Of a stretch of DNA of 64,000 bases, positions 44,553 to 57,960 are shown one piece after another; position 1 is the first letter of the stretch; each line of letters opens with the position of its first letter. This DNA is from Eledone cirrhosa. Its lineage: Eukaryota. The notes under the pieces are model-generated. The model saw only the letters and a list, made by a program, of their open reading frames with translations, was not told the DNA's origin and did not search any database. Made by a program: the position numbers and the translations under genes. The DNA lies in contig OZ024742.1 in the NCBI GenBank assembly GCA_964016885.1, forward strand, positions 100,316,001 through 100,380,000. Direction: 5' to 3'.

Positions 44553-46872
44553 ATCACCACCACCACCATCATAACCAACATCGTTGTCACCACCACCACC
44601 ATCATAACCAACATCGTTATCACCACCACCACCACCATCATAACCAACATCGTTATCACCACCACCACCATCATAACCAACATCGTTGTCACCACCACCA
44701 CCATCATAACCAACATCGTTGTCACCACCACCACCATCATAACCAACATCGTTATCACCACCACCACCACCATCATAACCAACATCGTTATCACCACCAC
44801 CACCATCATAACCAACATCGTTATCACCACCACCACCACCATCATAACCAACATCGTTATCACCACCACCACCATCATAACCAACATCGTTATCACCACC
44901 ACCACCATCATAACCAACATCGTTGTCACCACCACCACCATCATAACCAACATCGTTGTCACCACCACCACCATCATAACCAACATCGTTATCACCACCA
45001 CCACCACCATCATAACCAACATCGTTATCACCACCACCACCATCATAACCAACATCGTTATCACCACCACCACCACCATCATAACCAACATCGTTATCAC
45101 CACCACCACCACCATCATAACCAACATCGTTATCACCACCACCACCACCATCATAACCAACATCGTTGTCACCACCACCACCACCATCATAACCAACATC
45201 GTTATCACCACCACCACCATCATAACCAACATCGTTATCACCACCACCACCACCATCATAACCAACATCGTTATCACCACCACCATCACCATCATAACCA
45301 ACATCGTTATCACCACCACCACCATCATAACCAACATCGTTATCACCACCACCACCACCATCATAACCAACATCGTTATCACCACCACCACCATCATAAC
45401 CAACATCGTTATCACTACCACCACCACCATCATAACCAACATCGTTATCACCACCACCACCATCATAACCAACATCGTTATCACCACCACCACCATCATA
45501 ACCAACATCGTTGTCACCACCACCACCATCATAACCAACATCGTTGTCACCACCACCACCATCATAACCAACATCGTTATCACCACCACCACCACCATCA
45601 TAACCAACATCGTTATCACCACCACCACCATCATAACCAACATCGTTATCACCACCACCACCACCATCATAACCAACATCGTTATCACCACCACCACCAC
45701 CATCATAACCAACATCGTTATCACCACCACCACCACCATCATAACCAACATCGTTGTCACCACCACCACCACCATCATAACCAACATCGTTATCACCACC
45801 ACCACCATCATAACCAACATCGTTATCACCACCACCACCACCATCATAACCAACATCGTTATCACCACCACCATCACCATCATAACCAACATCGTTATCA
45901 CCACCACCACCATCATAACCAACATCGTTATCACCACCACCACCACCATCATAACCAACATCGTTATCACCACCACCACCATCATAACCAACATCGTTAT
46001 CACCACCACCACCATCATAACCAACATCGTTGTCACCACCACCACCATCATAACCAACATCGTTGTCACTACCACCACCATCATAACCAACATCGTTATC
46101 ACCACCACCACCACCATCATAACCAACATCGTTATCACCACCACCACCATCATAACCAACATCGTTATCACCACCACCACCACCATCATAACCAACATCG
46201 TTGTCACCACCACCACCATCATAACCAACATCGTTATCACCACCACCACCATCATAACCAACATCGTTATCACCACCACCACCATCATAACCAACGTCGT
46301 TGTCACCACCACCACCATCATAACCAACATCGTTATCACCACCACCACCACCATCATAACCAGCATCATTGTCACCACCATCATAACCAACATCGTTGTC
46401 ACCACCATCATAACCAACATCGCTTTCAACACCACCAACACCATCATAACCAACATCGTTATCACCACCACCACCATCATAACCAACATCGTTATCACCA
46501 CCACCACCACCATCATAACCAACATCGTTGTCACCACCACCACCATCATAACCAACATCGTTATCACCACCACCACCATCATAACCAACATCGTTATCAC
46601 CACCACCACCATCATAACCAACGTCGTTGTCACCACCACCACCATCATAACCAACATCGTTATCACCACCACCACCACCATCATAACCAGCATCATTGTC
46701 ACCACCATCATAACCAACATCGTTGTCACCACCATCATAACCAACATCGCTTTCAACACCACCAACACCATCATAACCAACATCGTTATCACCACCACCA
46801 CCATCATAACCAACATCGTTATCACCACCACCACCACCATCATAACCAACATCGTTATCACCACCACCACCA
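44553..46872. repeat. 27/30-bp minisatellite (cca)n-tcataaccaacatcgttRtca, ~2.3 kb, with higher-order blocks
   Basis: About 80 units; variant markers recur at 327-bp (46291/46618, 46421/46748) and 588-bp (45283/45871) spacings. Confidence 0.95.
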
Positions 46873-47529
46873 TTGTTACAACTATCACGAGCATCATAAT
46901 TATTGCAAACATTGTAGCTAACATTCTCATCATCACCACTACAACAACAAGCATCATCATCAGCATCATTCCCACGACCGTCATCATCACCACCACCACT
47001 ACCACCGCCACTCATAATCACCATCACAACTATTATCATTAGCATCATCCTAGCCACCATCATTGCTACTGTCATCATTACCATTATCACCATCATCATT
47101 ATCTCATGCATTTCAGTCTCTCCTATTAGTTACACCCATTTTCCCCTTTCACAAGTAAAAGAATCCCAACAAAGCACACAAAAAATGGATTGAAAAATGG
47201 TAAAACCCAATAAATTACCACCTTAGGGTGCACCTTTTACTTCGTTAAGAACTATGATGATAATAATAATAAAAATAATCATAATTTCTTTATTAGCCTC
47301 AAAAGGCTGACTTCAAGAAACATTACTGACGTCACAAGATGATACAATGTGTGTGGGTGAGGGGGTATTCATGTAAAAAGCCATAACAGAAAGAAAAAGG
47401 AAAATGCCCCTATATGAGGGAGACCACCGATGACTACACGTGGAGAAAGTTCATATAAAACCAGGCTCACCCTGGCCACTGGGGCAAGTGCACAATAATA
47501 ATAATTAAAAAATGATTATAATAATAATA

Positions 47530-48410
47530 GTTTCTACTTTTGACACAAAGCCAGCAATTACCCCAGTGCATTACTGGTACTTTATTTTATCGATCCCGTA
47601 AGGATGAAAGGCAAAGTTAAACTCGGTGGAATTTGAACTCGGAACGTAAAGGGCCGTAACTCTGTGTTTCAAAGCATGGTGTCTGGCTGGGATCGGCAGA
47701 ATTGGTAAAGCCTTGGACAAATATCTCGTGACACTCGTTCTAGCATTTTGACACACACAGTTCAAATCTCCTCAAGGTAGCTTTTGCCATTCATCCTTCC
47801 GATGTCATTAAAATAAAGTACCAGTCAAATACTAGGGTTGATTTGATTAAATTTCTCTTCCCTACAAAACTGCTGGGTTCGTACCTAAATAGATTAGAAA
47901 TCATTGTGGATTGGCAGTATCGGTAGAGAGTCGGACACCTTGCTTTGAAGCATAGAGTTACGTCCCTTTATGATCTGAGTTCAAATCCCGCCGGGGTTAA
48001 TTTTGCCTTTCATCCTTACGGGGTCGATAAAATAAAGTACCAGTAATGTACTGGGTAATTGCTGGCCTTGTGCCAAAAAATAGAAACAATTATCATAATT
48101 ATTACTATGGGAATTGGTGACACGAAGACAAAAATTCCTTATGGTACTGATTACGTTCAAATGCCACCGAGGTTAGATTTGTCTTTCATCACTATGGGGT
48201 CAGTAAAATATTATAGGAGTAACACACTGGGGTCGTTTTAATCAACATTTCTCTCCCCCAAAAATTGTTGGCCTTGTGTCTAAATCAGAAACTGTTATTA
48301 TAGTATCGGTAGAGCGTCGGTTAACATGCTTTGCGACATAGAGTTACTGCCCTTTACCTACTGAATTCGAATCCGTCGAGGTTAGCTTTGCCTTTCATCC
48401 TTACGGGATG
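47530..48410. mobile_element. Cluster of about five SINE family A copies (one minus, the rest plus)
   Basis: Cores at ~47570 (-), ~47790, ~48005, ~48180 and ~48385 (+). Confidence 0.8.
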
Positions 48411-49154
48411 TCGGGGATTTCTGGCAATATGAACAATCATGAACTGGAAATTTGCGTTTTCGTTAATGGTTTGCATAAAAGAGGCCCTATAGTTTGATTA
48501 TTGACACATGTGACTGACTACAGATAAGAAAGATATTGTAATATATTCTAGGACACAATTACACAAAACGTCGTATCATAGAGGATTAAATGACTGGCTA
48601 ACTTTGGGGAAAGAACTATTTACATCGACAAATGTTGAGTTAGACTGAGATGAATGTATTTTGTGTCTATGTATGGTTTTGTGAAAATGTTTTAAAGTGA
48701 CGGATATACTGTATAAATAAATATACAAACATACATTGCGTATTATTGTTAATGATATTCACAATTGTAAGAGAACGTGACAGAAGCTAACACGCACACC
48801 ACAAACGCGCATACATACATATATGTATATGCATACACACACACACACTAATGTATATGTATATATGTATGTATGCGTGAATGCCAACCACTTGTTTCTG
48901 TGTTAAGCCTTTGGCAAAATTGTTGAGAGTTCTGAAATTTGACGAGATAATTAGGGGACAAGAAGACCTCAGGATAAAATTGGGGACAATATTTGTTGTG
49001 GTTAATGATTCTCACTGAATAAAATATGTTCATTGTAGATTGGGAAGGGGGCATTTAAAGACGTTCAATACATCTTATATATGACTGTGTGTATATATAG
49101 ATATATATATATATATATATATATCATTTAACGCTGTTTTCCTTATCAACAATG

Positions 49155-49186
<32 letters not shown>

Positions 49187-49314
49187 ATGCATAAATATAT
49201 ATATATATATACTTATATATATACATATATATATATATACATACATATATATATACATATATATATACATATATATATATATACATACATATATATATAC
49301 ATATATATATATAC

Positions 49315-49410
<96 letters not shown>

Positions 49411-49518
49411 GTGTATATATATGTATAAGTATATATATATACATATATATATACATATATATATATTTATATATATACATATATAAATACATATATATAT
49501 ATATATATATACATATGA

Positions 49519-49578
<60 letters not shown>

Positions 49579-49618
49579 GTGTATATATATATGTGTAAAT
49601 ATATATATATATATACAG

Positions 49619-50192
<574 letters not shown>

Positions 50193-50205
50193 TATATATA
50201 CATAC

Positions 50206-50269
<64 letters not shown>

Positions 50270-50278
50270 ATATATACA

Positions 50279-50310
<32 letters not shown>

Positions 50311-50338
50311 CATATATATATATATACAAATATATATA

Positions 50339-50414
<76 letters not shown>

Positions 50415-50430
50415 TGTATATATATGTATT

Positions 50431-50493
<63 letters not shown>

Positions 50494-50509
50494 TACATAT
50501 ATAAATATA

Positions 50510-50613
<104 letters not shown>

Positions 50614-50776
50614 ACACATATATACATATATATATGTATATATATATGTATCTATATATGTATATGTAAGCAGCGATTCTTTGCTTAAACTTTAATCTGT
50701 TATTTTAATAAATATATATATATATAGATACATATGTATATATATGTATTGCACATATATACACGAGTTGTGATAT

Positions 50777-50971
50777 ATTAGGAAAGGGAAAAGAAAATGC
50801 TGACAAATTTTTCCCAGTGAAAAATAGTTTAATTAGGAATAAGTATAAATTAGTAATAAGTATTGGTTAGTATTCAGTTTTAAAAACTGATAGTTAATAC
50901 TAATTTATACTTATTCCTAATTAAACTATTTTTCACTGGGAAAAATTTGACACCATTTTCTTTTCCTTTTA

Positions 50972-50975
<4 letters not shown>
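50777..50975. repeat. Foldback of a ~100-bp TA-flanked element also present at 52741-52842
   Basis: aaaagaaaatgctgacaaatttttcccagtgaaaaatagtttaattaggaataag and its reverse complement. Confidence 0.8.
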
Positions 50976-51067
<92 letters not shown>

Positions 51068-51098
51068 CATATATACATAAATATATATATATATGTAT

Positions 51099-51156
<58 letters not shown>

Positions 51157-51158
51157 AC

Positions 51159-51241
<83 letters not shown>

Positions 51242-51430
51242 TAAATCTACCAAAAGTTTACGGCAGTGTCCAATCCGTATGAAGAACTCAATGTAATCCG
51301 GATATCATGAAAAGAGAAGATGCATTCAAAAACTACTTTCGGTGAAAAATAAACGGAAAACAGAGTCAAGATAAATTATTAAAAAAATAATGAATAAACA
51401 AAGAAACAATTCCTTATATTAAAAAAATTC

Positions 51431-51580
51431 ATCATTTTACGATCGTTTCTAGGATATATATGTGTTGGTATGCATATTGTTGGTATGCATATTCTATAGA
51501 TCTATGTACAATATTCATACAAACTATCAGAGGGAATATACATACCTACACATATATATGCTGTCTTCAGAAATAATGAT
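51431..51580 (-). ncRNA. Hammerhead motif with very long stem II (inverted copy)
   Basis: Reverse complement of 51782-51926 with a short internal duplication. Confidence 0.65.
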
Positions 51581-51781
51581 ATTTGTTTATTGATAAGAAC
51601 AAAGATTCAATACAATAGGTCTGTTTGGGAACAGGTTTTGAATTGACCAATCAGGAGATATTGAGGGTCAAGATAGTATTGTAGTAGTAAGAGAACCTTA
51701 AATTATGGGTAGAGGAAGGTAGATTTCAGTTTTGGATGGAAAAGAGTATTATGAATGAAGGATTATTTTCAATAAACAAAT

Positions 51782-51927
51782 ATCATTATTTCTGAAGACA
51801 GCATATATATATATGTGTAGGTATGTATATTCCCTCTGGTAGTTTGTATAAATATTGTACATAGATCTATAGAATATGCATACCAACTCTAACACATATA
51901 TATCCTAGAAACGATCGTAAAATGATG
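51782..51927 (+). ncRNA. Type I hammerhead motif with ~110-nt stem II insert
   Basis: cattattt CTGAAGA cagcatat...atatccta GAAA cgatcg TA aaatgatg: 8-bp stem I (one G-U), palindromic ACGAUCGU stem III. Confidence 0.7.
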
Positions 51928-51980
51928 AATTTTTTTAATATAAGGAATTGTTTCTTTGTTTATTCATTATTTTTTTAATA

Positions 51981-52037
<57 letters not shown>

Positions 52038-52056
52038 CATGTATGTATATATGTAT

Positions 52057-52696
52057 ATGTCAGGTCACCAGTTGGTGTATGTATTATGTCAGTTCACCAG
52101 TTGGTGCTACTGGTAACATGTATCCCAGTACAACCTGTCCCATGGTCGGGTCGTTGGCGACTAAACTGGCAACCCCACCAAGGTTTCTTGGTGAGGAGGG
52201 TGACTTTGGACATCCTGCAGGACTAAAAATAAAACCCTTCAAAGGGCAAAGGAGCTCTTAAGAGTCAATGGCCATCCAAAATCACCGGGAGAGATGACCC
52301 CTTAACCTTTGTCAAGGCAGAATTCTAGGAGAAGGAAAACTCTGATATAACACCTACAACCCTGATGGTATCCAATGATGTTGACTTGTTCTTCTTTTTG
52401 GTAAATATCATCTTGGTTAAGAGAGTGGGACTGGCTTTGTGCAGTGCCTTTGCTCACTATAAAAGCTCCACGGCACAGGCATTGCTTTATAGCTGGAGAT
52501 CTCTCTGCACTTGTCGTCACATGGTACCATCGGCCCAGCACTATGTGACAATAATTGTCACAAGTGTAGTGTTTGTACCAGAGTTTTCAAGTCGCTGGCT
52601 GGACTAAAAAGTCACACTCGTTCAGCGCATCGGTAGGGGTTCTCCTACATGGATATAAAGTAGTGGCCGTACTCGAAAACGAGTTGGCAGCCACCA
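52057..52696 (+). mobile_element. Short non-autonomous RTE-derived element (5' UTR-like part fused to LINE 3' end)
   Basis: 5' part with ctggcaaccccacc/aaaaccc motifs; 3' part encodes C2H2 remnant [23 protein letters not shown]; flanked by TA tracts. Confidence 0.62.
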
Positions 52697-52698
52697 TG

Positions 52699-52744
<46 letters not shown>

Positions 52745-52904
52745 TAAAAGGAAAAGAAAATGCTGACAAATTTTTCCCAGTGAAAAATAGTTTAATTAGG
52801 AATAAGTAAAAATTAGTAATAAGTATTGGTTAGTATTCAGTTATAGTTTTAAGTTTTTACCGGTTGCGCATTTCTAATGCTTTTCAAAAATAATTTTGAG
52901 ATAC

Positions 52905-53370
52905 ATATATGCAAATAGTAAAACAATGAAATTAAACAAAAAATGGTTAATTCATAGTACAACTCATTATTTTACGATCGTTTCTGGTGGGGGGGGGGTT
53001 AGTTCCCCGTATGTCCATTCTATTATTGATCTAATAATTCTGAAGACGGCGGGTAGTGAAGACGTATGTATATTTTCTTACTACGATATATTGTAATATA
53101 TTTTACATAGATCAATAATAGAATGGACATACGGGGAACTATCCCCCCCCCCCAGAAACGATCGTAAAATAATGAGTTGTACTATGAATTAACCGTTTTT
53201 TTTTAATTTCATTGTTTTACTATTTGTATTTTTGACTCTGTATCCAATTGAATTATATCGTTGAAAATGTTGTATTTTAAACTTTGCTTCACGACATCTA
53301 CATACGGATTACATTGAGTTCTTCATACGGTTTAGACCCTACCATTAATTGGTGGATTTATCTGTATACA
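52905..53370. mobile_element. Foldback hammerhead element related to the 51.2-52.0 kb family
   Basis: 52910-53033 is the reverse complement of ~53108-53225; plus-strand motif CTGAAGA (53040)...GAAA cgatcg TA (53155-53166) with degenerate stem I. Confidence 0.7.
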
Positions 53371-53622
53371 TATATATATATATATACAAATAAATATACG
53401 CGGGTGTGTATGATTGTGTATAGAAGATTATATTAATAAAAGGAATTCCAACTTTCTCTGATTTATTCGTTTTATTTATTCTTTAAAATTACAATGATAT
53501 TATAATGAAATAGTGTGGTAGAATATTAAATGTTAAATGTTAATTGAAACGTACTTTCATGTTTTCGCAATCTTCAGGTTCATATTCAGTTGTGACAGTA
53601 AAGTTGGCAATTTTCAAATATA

Positions 53623-53690
<68 letters not shown>

Positions 53691-53700
<10 letters not shown>

Positions 53701-53930
53701 AGATCAAAAGATGGTTAAAAGAGTTCCATGTATTTTATTATGCGCATTTCAAAAACAAATATCATCATGCAATAATATTTGTGTTTTCATCAGATAAAAT
53801 AGGAAGACATGATATGAAGGTTAAAAAACACTTGTGAATAGTGCAGTTTTTAATCAACATATCATTTTTGAAATGCGCATAATAAAATACATGGAACTCT
53901 TTTAACCATCCTTTGATCTTATATATTATG
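53691..53930. repeat. Foldback carrying the 53.7 kb hammerhead
   Basis: 53691-53755 and 53865-53929 are reverse complements. Confidence 0.85.
53731..53801 (-). ncRNA. Type I hammerhead ribozyme motif with canonical core
   Basis: Reverse complement: tattttat CTGATGA aaacacaaatattat tgcatg atgatatttgttttt GAAA tgcgca TA ataaaata: perfect 8-bp stem I, long stem II, palindromic AUGCGCAU stem III, AUA site. Confidence 0.82.
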
Positions 53931-54012
53931 TATACTCCAGTCCTACAAACTGTAGAGTGCTTCTTATCCGATATCTGCATTGCTTTATTGTACTACAATA
54001 AAACTCACCTCC

Positions 54013-54056
<44 letters not shown>

Positions 54057-54091
54057 TATATATACATACTTATACGTGTATATACTTATAC

Positions 54092-54167
<76 letters not shown>

Positions 54168-54635
54168 ATGAGAAGAAAGAAGAATACTGCGTGGTTGCAC
54201 ATGGGTTATATATGATAAAGATAATCCTTCGTCGGTGATTTTCCAACCATCATTGGTATTTCATCACATTAAAAATCAGATACCTCAGGTTGGTGCGAGC
54301 AATAACTAAAAAAAGTTATTGGGACCAGTAATTCGCGTAAAGCGAGGGGGACAAGTAAACAACATAGAAGGATAAAAGCAAACCGAAGATAGGAAAATAA
54401 ACAACCAACATGGTTGTCCGGTCAGCATAAGCTGGGTGGATTTCATGAGCGAAAGGTACAGACGTCCGACGTGTGTGAGATGTAAGCAAGAAGAAACCTA
54501 CTACAAGCCAAACGGGAGGAAGTGAGAAGGGGAGAAACAGAGAGTGAGTGAGTGGAAGTGTGAGGAAGAGGTCAGTCGAGAGAAAGTGTAACTGACAGAG
54601 GGGGCATGTATGTATGTATATATATGTATGTATGT

Positions 54636-54666
<31 letters not shown>

Positions 54667-54719
54667 TATATATATATATGTATGTATATATGTATATATA
54701 TGTATATATATGTATATGT

Positions 54720-54844
<125 letters not shown>

Positions 54845-54874
54845 CATATATATATATATACATATATATATATA

Positions 54875-54912
<38 letters not shown>

Positions 54913-54917
54913 ATATA

Positions 54918-55009
54918 TAGTGTGTCCTCCAAAAAATGTATACACACTTCTACATCATTGCCTGCACAGGTAATCAAAGCGTGTATACAACTTTTGGAGA
55001 CACCTTGTA
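54918..55009. mobile_element. ~90-bp Tc1/mariner-like mini-MITE
   Basis: gtgtcctccaaaaaatgtatacacactt / aagcgtgtatacaacttttggagacac imperfect TIRs in TA context. Confidence 0.55.
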
Positions 55010-55012
55010 TTG

Positions 55013-55104
<92 letters not shown>

Positions 55105-56184
55105 GCTTGTGTGTGTGTCAGTACGAATATATTAAATATCCTTTCCTCCGCCTTTTCCTCATACAACTATCACTCTTTTTTTACTCACTATCACTAAACA
55201 TCCTTTCCTCACACCACTGTAACTCTACTCTATACCATACACCCCCATTCCCATCTCCTGTGCACAAAACCTCCTCCATCTTACCTGCCATGGAACAAAC
55301 TAGTATTCAGATAAATTCATAGAAGAAAATTTTATTACAGCCATAACTAATAGATATAATTAGTTTATATGGTCATGCTATTATACTCTGACTGCAGCCA
55401 TAACTAATAGATATAATTAATTTGTATGATGAAATTATTAAACAGTAAATGTCGTCATAACTAATGGATCTAATTAAGTCACTTATATGATCAAATTATT
55501 TTGTAATCTTTGAATGGAGCCATAACTCATGCACATAGATTAACTCATAATATATAACTATATTATATATGTGTGTGTTTGTGTGTGTGTGTGTAATTAT
55601 TCAGACATAACTAGTAGATACTGAATACGTTCACTTTATATATGTATATATAAATATATTCACCCAGACGTAGTTAATGGATATTTAACACCATCACTAG
55701 AGTTTGAGATGTGTATGTGTGTGTGTGTTTGTTTGTGTGGTGGTGAATTGACTGTCGCTATTGCGTCGAATTTAAAAGACCTATATTCTATCCGGCTCAC
55801 TGCGCTCTCAGTTCAAATCACACCGGGGTTATCTTTGCTATTCATCACGTCGATAATTAAATAACCAATGCAATACTGGGATTGATCCTTCTTTCTTTAG
55901 AAGGAATCGCCTGTATTCATATTTGGAGAGGGGTGTGCTGCGCCTGATTTAAAATTCTCAAGACAAGCCGTGTATCAAGACGGCGCCCCTACGAGATCAT
56001 TAGAAGTTGAGAGTCATTTACATATATATGGAGGAAGTTATAGTTCACTTGAAGCATTGTGTAATGAGGTATAAACGTTTGTATTTGTAAATCCAAAACA
56101 ATGCTGGTACGGATATAGAATATAAATGCAAATGCTAAAGATATTGTTGACAATTAGTCTTTTACCTTAAATTTATTTAAATAT

Positions 56185-56219
56185 CCTTAATTTTCGAGAT
56201 AATATCTCTTCTTCGGAGG
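56185..56219 (-). ncRNA. Minimal hammerhead (U4C variant) in the PLE 3' UTR
   Basis: Reverse complement identical to 17075-17109. Confidence 0.65.
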
Positions 56220-56610
56220 GAAGTAAAGTTGTTAAACCAGCTTTCTAAATAGCTTGCCAAGTCATGCTGACAGGAAATGGTATAGAGAATCTGTTCTATC
56301 TCTAATGTCAAAGAGTGAAGGTTAGGTGGATAAAGGGTAGTCTCCCTTTAAAAAGGGTTTTGTACATGTATATTTAAGTGTGGGGGAGAATACGTGAAGG
56401 TGTAAGTATGTGTGTGTGTGTGAGTGTGAGAAGATATGTCTATACGTAAATTTGGGGGATAGATGCTCTATCGTGTTAAAACTGGTCTTTGTGTGTGTAT
56501 GTGTGTGTGAGAGAGAGAATAAGTGGAGGTGTAAGCGTGTGTGTGTGTGCGTGTGTTAGTGCGTGCGCGTGTGTGTGAGAGGGGGTGTAAGTATGGGGCT
56601 AGGTGCTCTA

Positions 56611-57690
56611 TCAAGTTATAAATTGGGTGTTGAGTTCTAGTCTATTATTGATTGGTGGTTGCGTTTTTTCTATAATCAGTGCTTCCTTAAATCTAAGATT
56701 GCCGAGGTTTCTTTCCTTAGTTTCTATCCTAACTGTTATGTTTTTGTCGGTGTTTTTGCATTTCACTAGGTGTTTCTTAAATGAGGAAGCGTTAGTATTG
56801 AGGTGTTCTTTTATTCTTATGTGAAGTGGTCTGGTGGTGCTACCTACGTAGAAGTTGCTGCATTTGTCGCATTCTAATCTGTATACGACGTAAGCCTGGT
56901 GGCATAGGTCTGTGTCGTTGATGGGGCAGTTGACTAGCCTGCAGCGGCTGTCATGTCTGGTGGAGTGTCGTTTGGTTAGCCGTCCGCGTAGAGAAGATCC
57001 TGAGTGGGCTAGTTGGATATCTAGTCCCTCTCTGCCGATAGCCCTGCGGATGGCTGTTGTTGTTTCCTCACTGAAGTGTGAGAGCTTCAGGAAGCAGGTG
57101 TTAGTGCCTCGGGTGTAGTGTCCTCTGTTGTTTCTGGCACGGTTCGTGGTGGACGTCGAGTATCCGTTCAGTTTGAGTACTTCCAGGAAATGTGTAGTGT
57201 GTGTGTCTCGGTCTCCAGCGTCAGTGCATTTGTTCCGGATACGTGTTAGTTCGTTCCTTATGTATCCGAACTTAGCGCCGGCTGGGAGGCCCGATCTGAA
57301 ATGTACGAACAGGTCCCTGCTGGCGGCTTTTTTATAGAAGCAGGTGTGGATGTTGCCTTCCTCTGTTACCCTGAGTTGGAAGTCCAGTAGGGATAAGGAT
57401 CCGCTGTCATCGGGGTGTTCCATGCTGAACTTTATACTGGCGTCCATGCTGGAGAATGTCGTGTATATTTTATCCGCCTCCTCACGGGATGATGTAAAGA
57501 TGAGTATGTCATCTACATATCGGGTGAAGAAGGCATGGGAATGGCAGGTGTTGAGGGCTCGGCATTCTAGCTGGTTCATATAGGTGATGGCCAGCAGGCC
57601 CGATAGGCTGGATCCCATGGGTAATCCTGTTGTCTGTCTGTATGTGTGGTGGTGGAAGGTGAAGTACGTGTTGTCCACTGTGAAGGACAA
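56611..57690 (-). CDS. PLE reverse transcriptase/GIY-YIG polyprotein, C-terminal 359 aa (upstream disrupted)
   Basis: ORF track plus the motifs listed for the element. Confidence 0.88.
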   Translation of the reverse strand: MSFTVDNTYFTFHHHTYRQTTGLPMGSSLSGLLAITYMNQLECRALNTCHSHAFFTRYVDDILIFTSSREEADKIYTTFSSMDASIKFSMEHPDDSGSLSLLDFQLRVTEEGNIHTCFYKKAASRDLFVHFRSGLPAGAKFGYIRNELTRIRNKCTDAGDRDTHTTHFLEVLKLNGYSTSTTNRARNNRGHYTRGTNTCFLKLSHFSEETTTAIRRAIGREGLDIQLAHSGSSLRGRLTKRHSTRHDSRCRLVNCPINDTDLCHQAYVVYRLECDKCSNFYVGSTTRPLHIRIKEHLNTNASSFKKHLVKCKNTDKNITVRIETKERNLGNLRFKEALIIEKTQPPINNRLELNTQFIT

Positions 57691-57960
57691 AAGCTGGTGT
57701 ATGTCCGTCGGATGGAGGCCGTACAGTGGATGTCCTCTGCAACTACGCAGTGCGTCAATAAATCGACAGCTGGATGAGCGGGCACTGTAGTGTAGAGGGA
57801 GACAACATCGAGGCTAAAGCCGTATCTATTTAGTTTAAGTTGTTCTGGTTGGAGTTGGTGTAGTCAATGTATGACTTCGTCGGAGCTACTGACATGCCCT
57901 GGAAAGGTGGAGAGTAGAGGCTTGGGGACCTGGGAGAGGAGCCAGGAGATTTTGTATAGG

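Noticed and set aside
48848-49054. ORF resembling a CR1/L2 LINE C-terminus (FYSVRIIN)
   Set aside because: Similarity too short to support a call
53545-53582. Minus-strand CTGAAGA...GAAA gtac motif
   Set aside because: No UH in the required position and no convincing stem II
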